64,000 nt of DNA. Origin: Amphiscolops sp. MND2022. Taxonomy: Eukaryota. Numbering within the stretch: the stretch's first letter is position 1; every line of letters starts with the position of its first letter. Of the stretch, positions 1-12,699 are shown one piece after another. Location of the stretch: positions 40,550,001-40,614,000 of the forward strand of contig OZ076409.1 in NCBI GenBank assembly GCA_964187785.1, in the 5' to 3' direction. Made by a program: the position numbers and the translations under genes. The notes under the pieces are model-generated. The model was given only the letters and a program-made list of their open reading frames with translations, made no database searches and was not told the origin of the DNA.

Positions 1-3000
1 TAGATTTGACATTGGCGTCAACGAAGAATTTACAGTCAAATTGACCCCAAAGGACGAATCACCTGCTTACAGTCAGAGCCTACCTACTCCGGTCCACCTC
101 AAAGAGGACATATTGGTCGAGCTGGCGTTACTTCACAAATATGGTATTATAACGACATTACCATTCTCAAAGTACGCCAGCCCAATATTTGCGCAGAAAA
201 AACCCAATGGAAAACTGAGACTGTTGGTGGATTTGAGAAAAATTAATAATCTGATCTCAGATGATTACGTCAATAACAACCACCCAGTCAGCACCTTGGC
301 GGACGCTGCGGAACACATGCCCGGCAAAAAACTTTTTTGTAAACTCGACTGTTCACAAGCTTACCATTGTCTCCCCATGGCAGACCAGAAATCCATTGAA
401 ATGCTAGCCTTTAACTTCGCCAGCAGGACATTTGCCGACAGGAGATTAGCTCAATGACTCAGCCGAGTCCTATCGGCCTTCTCCAGTTTCATGAGAGAAT
501 ATATGGATCGTGTTATAAAAGCCGACCAATGCGCTCAATATGTAGACGATATCGGCGTTGCGGCAACAGATGCCAGCCAACTCATCGCCAACTTAAGAGC
601 AACATTCCAATGCATTAGAGAAGCGGGATTGAAACTATCCATGCACAAATGCCATTTTGGGGCCACTGAAATCAATTTCCTTGAGAGTACAATTACCCCT
701 GAAGGGGTCAAACCACAAAAGGAAAGAATTACCAATTTCTTGGAAAAAACGAAATTTCCGAAGTCCAAGAAGGCCATGCAACCTTATCATGGCTCCTCAA
801 TTACTACAGGAACTACATACCGAGATTATCCGAAAAATTAGTTCCATTCTTCCAATTCCTCAAAAAAGACGAAAAGGTCCTAGTAACAACAGAACTAGTA
901 GAACAATTCAATGAGATCAACAGGGACGTAGACAGGTGTAGTCAATTAGCACAGAAACAACCCTTACCAATCAAACAATTGGCCCTTATGACCGACGCAA
1001 GTTTTCCGGCCGCCGGTCACGCCATACTGACCGAAGACGACCCAAATCAGAAATTCACGTCCGTCAAAAAATCCTATGCGCCAATAGCAAATGGATCAAA
1101 AACACTCCTTCTCAGCTCAAAATGTCAATATATGCAAGGAATTCCTAGCAATATATTATGCGTTCAGGGAGTTCGGACACATCTTCTGGGAACACCTAAA
1201 CCAGTAATCATCCTCACCGATTATAAATTGGTCACAAGGTTCTTCCAGACAAAGATAATACCAGCGCCACTCTGGAACGCATGTGACTTTGTGATCCAAT
1301 ACAACTTCACTATAGCTCACATTCCAGGTAAAAATACCACAGCGGCGGATTACCTGTCCCGCATGGAAGTGGACTCTAAGGAAAAATTAGTCCTGAAAAT
1401 ACGTGAGGAAGTGGAAACACAACCAATCGAAGTTAATGTCCAATCGGCGGGAGTGTCTGAATCAGAATCTTCTTTTCACTGGAGAAGACAATGAAACGGA
1501 AGAACAGATTTGGGAACGGAAAAAACTATCCCAAAAGGGATTCAAGGTCCCTGAGCCAATAATACACATTGACGCAATTACGGAAAATTCTGAGGAAGAA
1601 ATCACCAATTTCACTTAGAAATTACGACGAACAAACCAAATATTACTAGAGCAATCTAAAGATCAGACGCTACGACAATTGAAAGCAAAAATCCAACAGG
1701 AGGAATATTCAGAGGGAATTCTTCAACAAGATATTCGGTACAAACATTACCTCCAAAATTTGGACCGTCTAGTCCTGAAAGATGAAGTTACAACACGACA
1801 ATACTATGATGAAACTGGACAAGTTAAATATCACCAAATCCTACTGCCAAAACATTTACTGAAAGAGCTGCTGCAAGCAATTCACGGCACGACACATCGA
1901 CACCCAGGCATTTCAAAAATGCTACCGGAAATACGACAAAAATACTACTACCCAGGAATAGCAAAACATGTTAAGAAGTGGGTAGAAGGATGCGAGATTT
2001 GTGCCAAGGACAAGCGTGTCCCGAACAACGCAATAACACCGGAACTCCTTAATCTGCCTGAATGGGACCTTGGACCAGAAGATGCCATGCAAATTGACTT
2101 GCTACCAAATTTGCCCGCTAGTAGAGGATACCAAACGGTAATGACAGCGGTTGACGTCTTTTCAAGATTTTTATTTGCATACCCGCTAATTGAGGCAACT
2201 GCCACAAATGTAGCGAAAGTGATAATTGATATCATGACGAAACCATCATACCTGCCAACAACCGTCATCACGGACAAAGGGTCCGCGTTTACCTCCACAA
2301 TTATAGCGGAAATTACAAATACTTTGGGCATAACTCTCAGATGCGCCACAAAGAAACACCCGCAGACCATTGGCAAACTAGAAGGGACGCATGCCTCACT
2401 TAAAACAAATTGAAAAACGGCCTCAGGGGAATATCGACGACAATGGCACTAATACCTGCGATTAGCTGTGCTCAACTATAATACTCCACACCATTCTAGT
2501 ATTGGATGCGAGCCAAACAAAGTCTTTCATGGCCGAATCCCCTTCAACGTCCTGGATCATAAATTGGGAAACAACCCCAACAAAAATTTCCTGCCAACTA
2601 CAGAATTTGCAGAAGAAGTACAAAATAGGAAACGAATCCTCACAGATCAAAACAAAAAGAATATTATGCAGTCTTATTTGAAATACAAAGACTACTATAA
2701 CAGAAAAGCCAAAGCTGCTCCGCTTAAAGAAAAGGATTATTGCTTTATATTGCAACCCAAAGCTGACAGTCAAGCATCAAAAATTCAATTTAGAGAATAC
2801 CGATGGATTGGACCTTACATCATTCAAAAAGTCTTAACAAACGATAACTATATCGTGCGTCGGATTATTACCAATAAAACGCAAATACTACACCGGATTG
2901 GATTTAAAAAATTTGTACCTTATACGCCCTTACAGGACAATTACTCCGGCGAAAAGCTACAACCCGACGAGGAGATAGTAATACCGCAAGACGATTTGTA

Positions 3001-3095
3001 TACTATTTCAAGGGAGGTAGACTTTGACTATGACTTATTTGAAACAAGAAAAGATGATTGGCCGGACACAGCCAAGCGTCTGCCGAATGACGCAA
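1..3095 (+). pseudogene. pol: Gypsy pol (RT, RNase H, integrase) with stops and frameshifts
   Basis: ORF pieces 41-457 (KLRLLVDLR, KLDCSQAYH), 491-841 (YVDDI), 979-1494 (RNase H, ADYLSR), 1679-2413 (H-x4/5-H...CEIC zinc site, QIDLL, TDKG) and 2468-3127. Confidence 0.95.
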
Positions 3096-6000
3096 CCAGG
3101 GATCACTGGATATATTACCAGAGCTAAATTGCTGTTCACGCTCTTTAAACTGGTCCACGGAAGCTTCGCTCGTAGAGTGGGCAATTCCATTGAGCACCAT
3201 TGTCAAGTAAGACTGTGCGGGTAAGAGGACATCAGTAAGGCGACAACGTGGACTCTGGGCATCGACATCTTGGAACTTGATAGCTGGCAACAAAGCTGTC
3301 TCCTCACTTAAGCATAAGCAGCTCAGTCGAAATAGACGACACAAATGAGGCCGATCCTGAAGCTCAGGCATTGAAATCAATAAATCAACCATGTCAGTGA
3401 AACCGTCGGTGGAACCCTTTAAAGCAGAATGAGTATGCTGGAAGTGGTCAACAAACTCCATATACTCATCTCGGCAATCCGCCTCAGAGAAATCTTCAAG
3501 CCAACCGCGTAGTTGGAAACTACGGACTAACGGGACGAAACAATGAGTGGCCTGCTCCATAGAATTGCCCAGTAATATGTGAGGATCGAATGTGGCCATC
3601 CCCTTGACAATGTCGGCATTGAGGCTGATATGGTTCAAAAACTCTTCAAGTGAGAAAACTAGATAACTGCATGCCCGACTAGCAAATTCATCTTAATAGG
3701 TAGCAGCGAGTTCAGTTTTAGCAGCCTCTGTGGTCTTCTGCTCACCCAGTTCCCTCTCGGCCTTAGCTACGGCGGCAGCGTCCAGATCTGTTCTAAGATT
3801 GAGGCGAATCAAGAAATCCTCAGTGGACAACTGACGATGAGTTGCAGTTTGTAACTCTCCCAATCGGGTCCAATCTCCCTCTCGAGGACCGAATTTTGGA
3901 AGCAGGGAACGGTAACCAAGCTTTCTCACGTATTGGTTGAGTTGGCCGTAAGTGAAGAAACCAAAATCGCATCGGCCTTGCAAGCTCCGCTTGAAACACT
4001 TGTTGTCTAAAGACAGAAAAGAATCAGGTAATGCAATTTCAACCAAGAGTAAACACCTTGAGGAGACCTTAAAGGTTTACGGAAGAAAAGAATATGTGGG
4101 TGAAAGATTATAGAATACTAACAATCAGTGACGATCCGCCCAAAGAAGTCTAGCTTGCAAACGAAGAAGTCGTCTGTGATCATGAGCCACTCAAGTCTTT
4201 GGGGCTGTAAAATCAAAACAAAACGTTAGCCTCTTGGATAACCCACCATCAATTACACTAATCGGCAGACAAAGTTGGAACACTTGCATTGTTCTTGGTT
4301 CCTTCCATGCCATAAGTTGGGGCGTGTTTCATCAAGTAGTTTAAGATAGGTTCCCACTGACAGATGATCTCAGAACAAATTGTCGGGATAGCCTTAACTG
4401 GAAGGTCACTTGAGTCGAGAGCCTGGAAGAAAACGGAAAATGTACATACTCATTGGCTCCAGCCATCTTGGATAACATAGTAATACTACCTTAGACAACT
4501 CAGGAGTATGGACGATCCATGGTTCACAATGGCAGCCATTGAGGAACGCAACCAGGTACTTCAATTGAGTGTAAAAGTCAATGCGTACGAAGACACTCCC
4601 CTCTTTACGATGCATCAAGGTAGTCAGTGAGAGCGAGTTGAATCGAAATGGGTACTCGATACCCTTCTTTAACAAGGTGGAATTTTCAAGAGAACGAAGG
4701 GTAGCAAAGGAACAACCAGACAGACAGACGCCCTGTGGCCCAGTTGAGAAAGAAGAGAGAACCTTGGTGATACTCTGTAACTGGCCTACTGCTAAGTCTG
4801 TGGAAGAAGGGTAACGGGTTAACTGACACTTGGTCAAAAGAATCGTTCTTCCAGACTCGGAGTGACATCACACTGAAATTGCCCTTGTACTCAAATTCCA
4901 GTGAGTAAAAGCCACTGGTATTCACGTGCTGTCCAATGTCCTCAAGGCCACGAAGAAAGACGTGGTGGAAGATAGTCTGAAAAGAACACAAAAAAGGTGC
5001 TAGGTTTAGAATTTGACTCTAAAGCGGAAAGGCAAACTACTGAATGATACGTACTGTAAGTGCACTCGACCCCCAGTCCAAGTCTGAGAAGAGATCCTGG
5101 TGGTTCTTGAAGGCACCGACTTCGGTCCACAGGGATTGAAGCACGGAGATGTTGCCGCAGTGTCGAGTAAAGAATACCAACAGGGAAATCTGGGTGCCGA
5201 GACGCACATCAGCCCGGGTAGTGTTACCCCCCATTCTCTCCAGGTATTCGTCATAGAATGGATACTTGGGTCCGATGTTGACGAGCACAGTAGTTTCAAA
5301 GAGGGGCTCTTCTTTCTCCAACTCCATTGCTGTTAAAATATGGCCGTCTTTGGCCCCAACTTCATGTTTGGTGACTCCTGTTATTCTGTCTTTTTTTCCT
5401 AGGTGCTCATATCTCCAGCGCTGATCCTTACGGAGATGAGCCTCCGACTGGTTTGGCCTGATGATTTCGCGTGCTCTTTTGGAGAATATCGACACGTTGC
5501 TCTTACAAATTTGACAATGAAATTTGTATTTATTGTGTACAGGGTCTAGTGGTCCGGTGACGAAGATCCTCGTCCACTGAATGCCCTTGAAATACGCAGG
5601 CTTCGTTACCTTTCCAGGCTTGCTAATCATCCTGCGTCTTTTACGGGGCGGACTTCGGCCAGATGGAGTAGCTGTCGGTGAGGCCCTAATGGTTGATAAA
5701 GGAGCATAATCTCCTTCACTGAATCCTGAACTTGGAATCCCGAATTGAGTTGGACTGAGGGTAGTCTCATTAGGGTCATCAGGGCCCTGAGCGTCCATCA
5801 CTCCGAGGCAATGTGAGTGCTGGGACTCACATCGAAAGTAGCAATTTCTTCATCGAAGGGTAAAGCGCCACTTGTATAACCATCTGTGGAATACCCCTCA
5901 GTGTCTGTCCCCCCGTCTGAACTATCAGACATGCGTTGAGAAGCAGATGTCGTTCGCTGTACAGTCTTTCGGAAATGACTGAGTCTCTGTATTCCCCTGT

Positions 6001-6839
6001 GAGCTGCATGCATCAATAAGGCTTTCGTACCATGCACGGAAGACTGGACTGTTTCTGAAGAAATATTGCGCAAGATGGCATGAAGTTGGGGTTCAGTAAA
6101 TGCAACGGTAGGATGTCCCATAGGAATGGTGACTGGTTCGGCCTTGGCAAAGAACTTACGCAGGATGGCCCGCCCATTAGCTGAAAGCTGTTCTGGAATT
6201 TTTGGTCCAGCGTAGGAAGTACTGGTTTGAGGCCCAACTGGAAGTCCTTCAGCGGTGAAATTTCCCTCATCCTGCGTAGTGAGATTTTCAGACCCAACGA
6301 TACTGGAAGCTGCTCGATTAGGGACTCCTATCACCCCTTCACTGTCAATCAGGTCCTCCACTTCGCTTGTGTCAGTTGCAAAGAAGTCAGAATGGACTGT
6401 ATCCCGTGCAGGTCTATCAGTGGATTCAAGGACATTCGTTGGATCATCACCCTTAGTTTGGGTCTGTGGAATTAAATCGCCCTCAATTGCGTCCGACACA
6501 GAGGCCTTAACATGGGCGTCCTGTTGAAGAACTTCCTGACCAGAGTTCTCAGGGGCATCTAGGAAGGAGACGTCTAAGTTGGCGTCAACTGCTCCAAGGT
6601 TGTGCAAAGGTGCGTTCAGCATATGCAGTAAGGCTCTCTTCTGTGGCACCACTTGAAGAGGAGAACTTGGAGAGTGGACGTGCCTCAGTAGGAGGATTGG
6701 TTTGTTCCACTATTGCCGTGTCTGTCCGTTCGTCAGGGTTTCTGTCTGGCAAGATGTTAGCCGTATCCTGTGCTTCAGTTGTCATTCCTAAATAGTAAAA
6801 GGCAAAGTCAAGCGGAAAGCTTCCTGAATATGAATCCAT
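3095..6839 (-). pseudogene. Antisense 5-exon accessory gene of element 1 (Zn-finger, hAT-transposase-like protein). Exons 6839-5055, 4976-4490, 4422-4288, 4204-4123, 4006-~3095
   Basis: Donors GTACGT, GTAGTA, GCAAGT, GTTAGT with pyrimidine-rich AG acceptors. The spliced translation aligns exon by exon with the element 2 gene. Zn finger CQIC...H present. Contains a few frameshifts and stops. Confidence 0.85.
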
Positions 6840-8043
6840 TTACCGCATTTAAAAATCTTCCGAAAGTAGATAAAGTTGAACACTCGTGAAAACTTGTGTT
6901 ATTGGACAGGAATTACATGAGTTGATTGGGAGTCCTGATCAACCTAATTCAGTTCAGAATGAAACAGGAAGGCAACTTACTCTGAAGTTGATGGAATGAA
7001 GACTCGTGATAGAAAGGGCAAGTTGATCTAGTCGACTGAATTGTTAATGAAGTCTGGAGCAATCCGGCAAAGCTGTAGCTCGATGTAATTGAACAGGACA
7101 ACACTGCGTGAAGAAATTCAGATCTGAGGAGGAAATCAGGAATCGTGGTAGGGAGCTGCCAAGAAGGGGACTGGAAGTCGATTGTCCGGGAAAATCCGAA
7201 AAATCCACAAGGGAAAGGGCGATTGGACACTGAGTCCCAAAAGGAAGATTATGTTAGAGAGGAGTACAAATAAATACAAAGAGAAACTAATTGACTAACT
7301 ATCGGCTAAATACTAATATTGACAATGATTAAATACTGGGAAATACGAGTGAAGAAGGAAATAAAGGAATTTAATATAAACGAATTGAAAGTTGATGGTG
7401 TCAAATTTGGTGTCAAATTTGTTGTTATTTACAATTTGCAGCGTTATGTGGATAAAGTCTGCCAGCGGTATCTACATCATTTCATTTATTTCGAAAACTT
7501 TGTTATTTTTGAGAATTATTTCATGATTTTATCATTATTTTATTTAATTTCAAGGTCATTTTATATTATTCTTTATATGGACTTACGACCTTGGGAAGCC
7601 ATTTTAACTGGGGAGGAATTTTGCTGCATTTCTATTGGGTGATCAGATTGTTGGTGGACGGCGTGGCTGATTGCCATATCTTCACCTACTTGAAACTCTC
7701 AAGTACCTGATGAGTGTTACTAAACACTTGAAGTAACACTCCTAGACTGAGAGTGCTAGCATAACTGATGATGATCAACAAAGAAATTGTCGGCAGATAT
7801 GAAGGGCCTTAGCGGCTTGATGAAAGGTTTTAGGAAGGAACATTTTGTTTTTGAAAACTTACCAGACGGGAAACGAAACAGAAAACACGGGAAGAAAACT
7901 CGTGATTTGGTGAAAATCCCGTGAGGCGGTGAAGAGAAGGATCGCCATTCGTATGATTTTAACCGCTCAAGTCAGCTGCCTCCGAACCCCAAAATACCAA
8001 AGTCCTTTTCAAAATTGCCAAAAAAGTAATAAAAGCTAGATTC
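6840..8043. promoter_or_regulatory. Putative bidirectional internal promoter between the antisense gene and ORF3 (element 1)
   Basis: Divergent ATGs at 6839(-) and 8044(+). The motifs GTCTGCCAGCG, GAAGCCATTTT and ATTTTAACCGCT recur in the same order in element 2. Confidence 0.55.
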
Positions 8044-8865
8044 ATGTCTGACGTTTCTGAGACATTCCCTATGGACTTCCTGGGCGCTGCTCAATCTGAG
8101 GGAGCTCCTGCAAAAATATACATTTCAAGCGATGAAGATGAAAGGATGGATTCCTTCGACGGTGACTCAGTGGACGACGTCTACGTCTCATCTGAAGAAG
8201 AAACGCTGGATATCGAAATTATAGCGAGATGCATAGAGAGACAAATGACCGAACCCAGTAAAAGTCCCAACTCTGAGACATCAGGTACCCAGGCTAGGTG
8301 CGGGACACCCAAGCCCGATTTGCCGCCCTTCCCTACGTTTACACAACAGTTTTTCAACCTGGGTATGGGCAACGGACCTATTGGACGGGATGACCGAGTT
8401 AGACCCAGTCATCCCATTAATATTTGCAGAGACCTACGACCTAATATTGATACCCCAATGCCGCCACCGCCAGAAGATAGGGGACCAGCCTACGAGCAAG
8501 ATATACCGACTTGCTTTTACTCGGCGAGCTCTACTTCAGTCGAGACTGTGGCAAATCACTTCAATGATATGACAGTGTCTGGAAACGCTGGCCTGTTGGG
8601 CTGCTCAGACTGCGTAGTTTGTGGGAAGCCAGATCAACAAATACAGGATGAAGCAGTCAATGACTTTCTCAACAAAACAGTTGTTCCAGGCGAGACGTTA
8701 GCTGAAACCGAGAGAAGAAAGAGAGCTTTCCTAGACGGTATGGCTGCTGGCACGTTTTGACTCATGCCAGGGGGAGTGTCGCAGGCGGCCGCCTGCGATG
8801 GTAAGTGGTACACAGTCGCATATAGTTATTGCAGGGCCCTACCCGGAACAATTCCACTAGATTGA
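8044..8865 (+). pseudogene. ORF3, acidic accessory protein that crosses the PPT into the 3' LTR (one in-frame TGA at 8758-8760)
   Basis: The 238-aa ORF continues in frame as LMPGGVSQAAACDG...PGTIPLD*. SQAAACDG and PGT are conserved, with synonymous changes, at the start of element 2's LTR. Confidence 0.7.
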
Positions 8866-10031
8866 GGAAATACAAGCAGTTGGGCCAAGAAGTCCAAGGC
8901 AGAAATAATTAAAACTTTTACGATAAAACTGGTTTGTAATACTGGTTTGTGTTATTATAGCATGTAATTGCATTCCGGTGGTAGCTATATTACTTGTAAG
9001 GTATATTTTAAAACATGTAAAAATAATTAGATGTGCTGTGAATTGGACACAAGGCGTACAGGCAGAGGAAACGCGTTCAGAGTGTTTCCTCTCCTGTCGC
9101 CGTGGACAAGCAGTCCAAATTAAGTTCAACCAATCACATTTCATCATTCAACTGAGCACTGCCTTCTTTGTCATAGAAGTGCAGTTGTCCCTTAAGGGCG
9201 AACGAGGCGCTGTAACGCCTTTGATGTGCCAATAGGTCATTACGTCATGTAACCCGCAAACAAGTGATGCTATTTTTAGATTAGTAATTATCTATTTTTA
9301 GAACATGACAGTTATTTTTTCGATAGTCATGCAGTCTATCATATATATACCCGGGACTCTTGGACCGGGGGACACAATTTGATGATATATGCAGCCTATC
9401 AAATGGTTTTATTCTTTTTGCAAGCCTAAAGATAATTAATTCTTACCCCTTGCAATTGTCTCTTATGCCTTCTACAAGGAAACAAAAGGCAAAAGCTAGA
9501 AAGTCAAGGGAAGTGGACATGATGTCTGACTTTGAAAATATGGACGTAATGATAGGAAATGAAAACACTAATCCTATTGAACGCGAACTTTCAAACATGA
9601 TCGGAAATGGGGTAAATGGTCAAGACATTGAGTCCAATCCCCAATCTTCGAGGTATGAAACACATGAAAATGAATTTGGGCATTATGCTCATGAAAATGC
9701 AATTCCTTGCAAGACAGGGTTCAAGAGACGCTGGAAACCTTTACTAGCGAGTTCAACATGAGACTTTCGCAAGAAATGGATTCAATGATGTCATTAATGC
9801 ATAGTCAGATAAACAGGGCGATTAGTGCAGCGATAACTGAGAGAGTAATTCCAGAGATTTAAATTATAGTGAGTTCGATTTCATCCTCCGGGAATCGAGA
9901 CACTGAGGCCAGTTCGTCTCCCAATAGCCAGGAAAACGCTGAAATGAACAATGGGTTTAGAAACAAAATTGCGAAAAAGGACTCACAGTCTACTGGTGAC
10001 CTTAGAACACCTAGAGACAGCAGTCCTTACA
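8777..10031 (+). repeat. 3' LTR of element 1 (~1.26 kb), containing the ORF3 C-terminus and the gag N-terminus (ATG 9465)
   Basis: PPT immediately upstream and TG...CA ends. Homology to element 2 starts at TGTCGCAGG. The gag-like MPSTRKQKAKARKS...GDLRTPRDSSPY stops where element 2's LTR ends. Confidence 0.8.
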
Positions 10032-11180
10032 GATTGTTCGTTGTTGGTTGCCACCCAATGTAAAATATCTTGAAACTCTTGCCAAGATCTTGAATTTTCC
10101 TGCCAATTCCCGTTTCCTCTTGAAACCCTTGATAAGATCTTGAACTATCTTGAACCGCTAAAAATCTTAAAATTCTTGAAGTTTCTTAAGGTTCGTGAAT
10201 TCTTAGGTTTTGAAAAATGTCAAGTACATAATCTCATACATAAAAGAACAATATTAAATTGTAGATTTGTTTGAATTTTTTAGGAAGTTTATCCTCGTAT
10301 TTTGGGGCTTTTTGCCAGTTTTTAGGACTTTTATTTTGACACACTTCTCATTGAGAAATTAAATTACATGTTTCTACAAAAAATTAATCATCGGAACTCT
10401 GCGGAAGAACCTCTATCTTATGAATATAAAATATGATTTGCAAAAAAAAACAGAAAATTTGGGAAAAGTTGCGGTCAAGATTTTAGGTTTCCTTTCTCAT
10501 TTAGAAATTGGTGCCGAATTTTTTAAACGCTGCTGAGAGATAAATATTCCTTGCCATGTGTGAGAAATATTCTTTGCTCTTTAATAGTCAACATTTGATT
10601 GTTTCTATTCTGGACTTCACTGACATACAGAGGGATGTGAAAAATTCGGTACTGATTTCTTTCGTACATTTTCCCAAGAAACGTGTTTGATAATTTTTGA
10701 TCTTGAACTATCCAATAAACAATATGGATCAACCTTACTTTACAATTGATTTATTTCGCTTTCCACCAACCCTTAGGACTAATGTTCGAAAACTGTGAAC
10801 GATACCATGTTAAAGTTTGATCATGGTATAAACTATCACTATAGTGTGGTCATAGTTTGTTCACATTGGGAAAGCAAGACAAAGTCTATGATTTTGGGAC
10901 GACAAAGCATGTTAGAACTTTTTTTGCAAAGATTCGATGTCACTTAGCACGTTTTTCTAGGAAATTGGCCTGCAACACATATTTTCACAAACTTTTTGCT
11001 TCCAAGTCGAAAAGTTCAAGGGTTGTGCTAACGAATACTATTCTAGCTGATAAGTTGCTAATCTGATGAAGAGATAGGTTGACAAATCTAAATTAACTGC
11101 ACTCTATCAAGACCATGTGGCAACTGATGTTATATGCATTTTGTGTCTTGATATAATTATGTTTGTCCACAACAATTCTG

Positions 11181-11682
11181 TTTTTAGTCGGGGCTTTTCT
11201 TAAGAAAAGAGCCCGACTATTACAGTCACTCGTTTTTTTTTCTTTTTTTTATTTAAGACAGACTCGAAGCGACGAACGTTAAAATTAACGTTCAACTACT
11301 AAATACAGTACTACTAAAATACTGGCAGCGCATTTGAGATAGTGCAAAGGGTCCCCCCTTTCAGTAAGTCCATTTTTATCGTAAGATACAAAAGAGGACG
11401 AGACTATAGGGTCCCCCCTTTGAGTTTTTTTCGGCACTGTGCGACTTTTTTTTCGAAAATTTTTTTGTCCCCAAAGGGTCCCCCCTTCGAGTTTTTTGAT
11501 ATTTTGCAACGAAATGTATGTTAATAAATCCAGAAGAGTCCCCCTTTTACATTTATCGGCACTATGCGACTTTTTTTGAAAGAAAAAAATTTTTCAAAAA
11601 TTTCAATTTTTTTTCCAAAAAAAATCTTTTGCGCTTTTTGAGCCTTAGATATGGCGCCGACTTTAGACGTTCCCGTCTTGTT
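11181..11682 (+). mobile_element. Helentron-associated-like non-autonomous element (HINE family A)
   Basis: 5' TTTTTAGTCGG...CCGACTA hairpin, internal AAGGGTCCCCC and CGGCACTGTGCGAC subrepeats, 3' GCGCCGACT plus stem-loop AGACGttccCGTCT and TGTT. Many copies in the window. Confidence 0.7.
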
Positions 11683-11689
11683 AATTAAA

Positions 11690-12135
11690 TTTTCAAGTAC
11701 ACTGCATTTTCCACTACTTCAATTAAATTTGAAAATAAATTCCTGTCCCATACCAACACGATCACTTTGTATTTACACTTTGTTTTCTCAAATCCTCATC
11801 TGTTGTGACCACCGCTTCTCAAATAACACGCTAAGCATGAAGCTAGTTTGCAGTTTACTACGAGACTGAAGTTACTTTGCATTTAATTAGCGGTAAAACT
11901 GATGACAAATTATTCGCATTCAAAATGATAGCTGCTGCTTAATGAACCCTGCAAAACTTCAAGGCTTAAAATTGCGGCCAAAATTTTGATCAATCTTTCA
12001 AGCAGATTGATAGAAGTTAAAAACAACAGGGAACTATTTTCGCACGAAAGTTTCCGGAAGAGTTCTAGAAAATCATAATACAATTTGCTGCCAACATTTA
12101 AGCACATGCAAAAAGTTCAAGCAGTTTCAACAAGA
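11690..12135 (-). repeat. Interspersed repeat family E (reverse copy)
   Basis: Reverse-complement similarity to 48812-49250 and 58411-59400, for example AAAAGTTCAAGCAGTTTCAAC. Confidence 0.6.
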
Positions 12136-12142
12136 GTAACTT

Positions 12143-12144
<2 letters not shown>

Positions 12145-12181
<37 letters not shown>
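12145..12181. repeat. (CT)n microsatellite
   Basis: Pure CT dinucleotide run. Confidence 0.95.
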
Positions 12182-12183
<2 letters not shown>

Positions 12184-12699
12184 GATGTGGAGACTTATCT
12201 GTGGAGACTTTTTTAAATCTGTGGAGACTTAAAAACGTATTTTGGAAACCGATATGTAGATTGTTTTGTATTTTGGAAGAAACTTTATAACTTTGTGACT
12301 AAACGAGCTCATGTTTTGTATACTAGTTACTGTATAATGGATATCTATTATTTTCATGTTTGGATTAAAAGAACTCACGTCTCAGATTTAATTCCTGTAC
12401 CTTCACCTTGAAACTTTCATCATTCCGTGGCTATGTTATTCAATTTTCAGAAGTATTTGTCTGGAATTTGAAAAGCAAAAGGTGCAGATTTTAGATTCTC
12501 TTTCCTTTCGAAATATAGCCCAGCTCTTACATTCAATTCTTGTAAATGAGTTTTCTTCCTAACCTAATAATTTGATCTAATATATTGTGAACTTAGTTTG
12601 CAAGCGGTTGTCGTATCCGACATCTTGATTCCTTATCTAGCATTCATTCTACCTCATACTATGACCAAACTTTGAATAATGATGGATCATACTATAATC

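Larger units (their letters stand above)
1..10031 (+). mobile_element. Ty3/Gypsy LTR retrotransposon, element 1 (5' part outside window, decayed): pol, antisense spliced gene, ORF3, 3' LTR
   Basis: Domain order RT (YVDDI), RNase H (LMTDAS), integrase. Polypurine tract AGGGGGAG precedes TGTCGCAGG at 8777, and the LTR ends ...CCTTACA at 10031. Colinear with element 2. Confidence 0.93.

Noticed and set aside
535..2773. Minus-strand ORFs overlapping pol
   Set aside because: These are shadow ORFs of the pol frame, with boundaries not conserved in element 2.
3003..6839. Post-pol ORFs as an env gene
   Set aside because: They are on the antisense strand and contain introns, show no evident signal peptide or transmembrane anchor, and carry a Zn finger instead.
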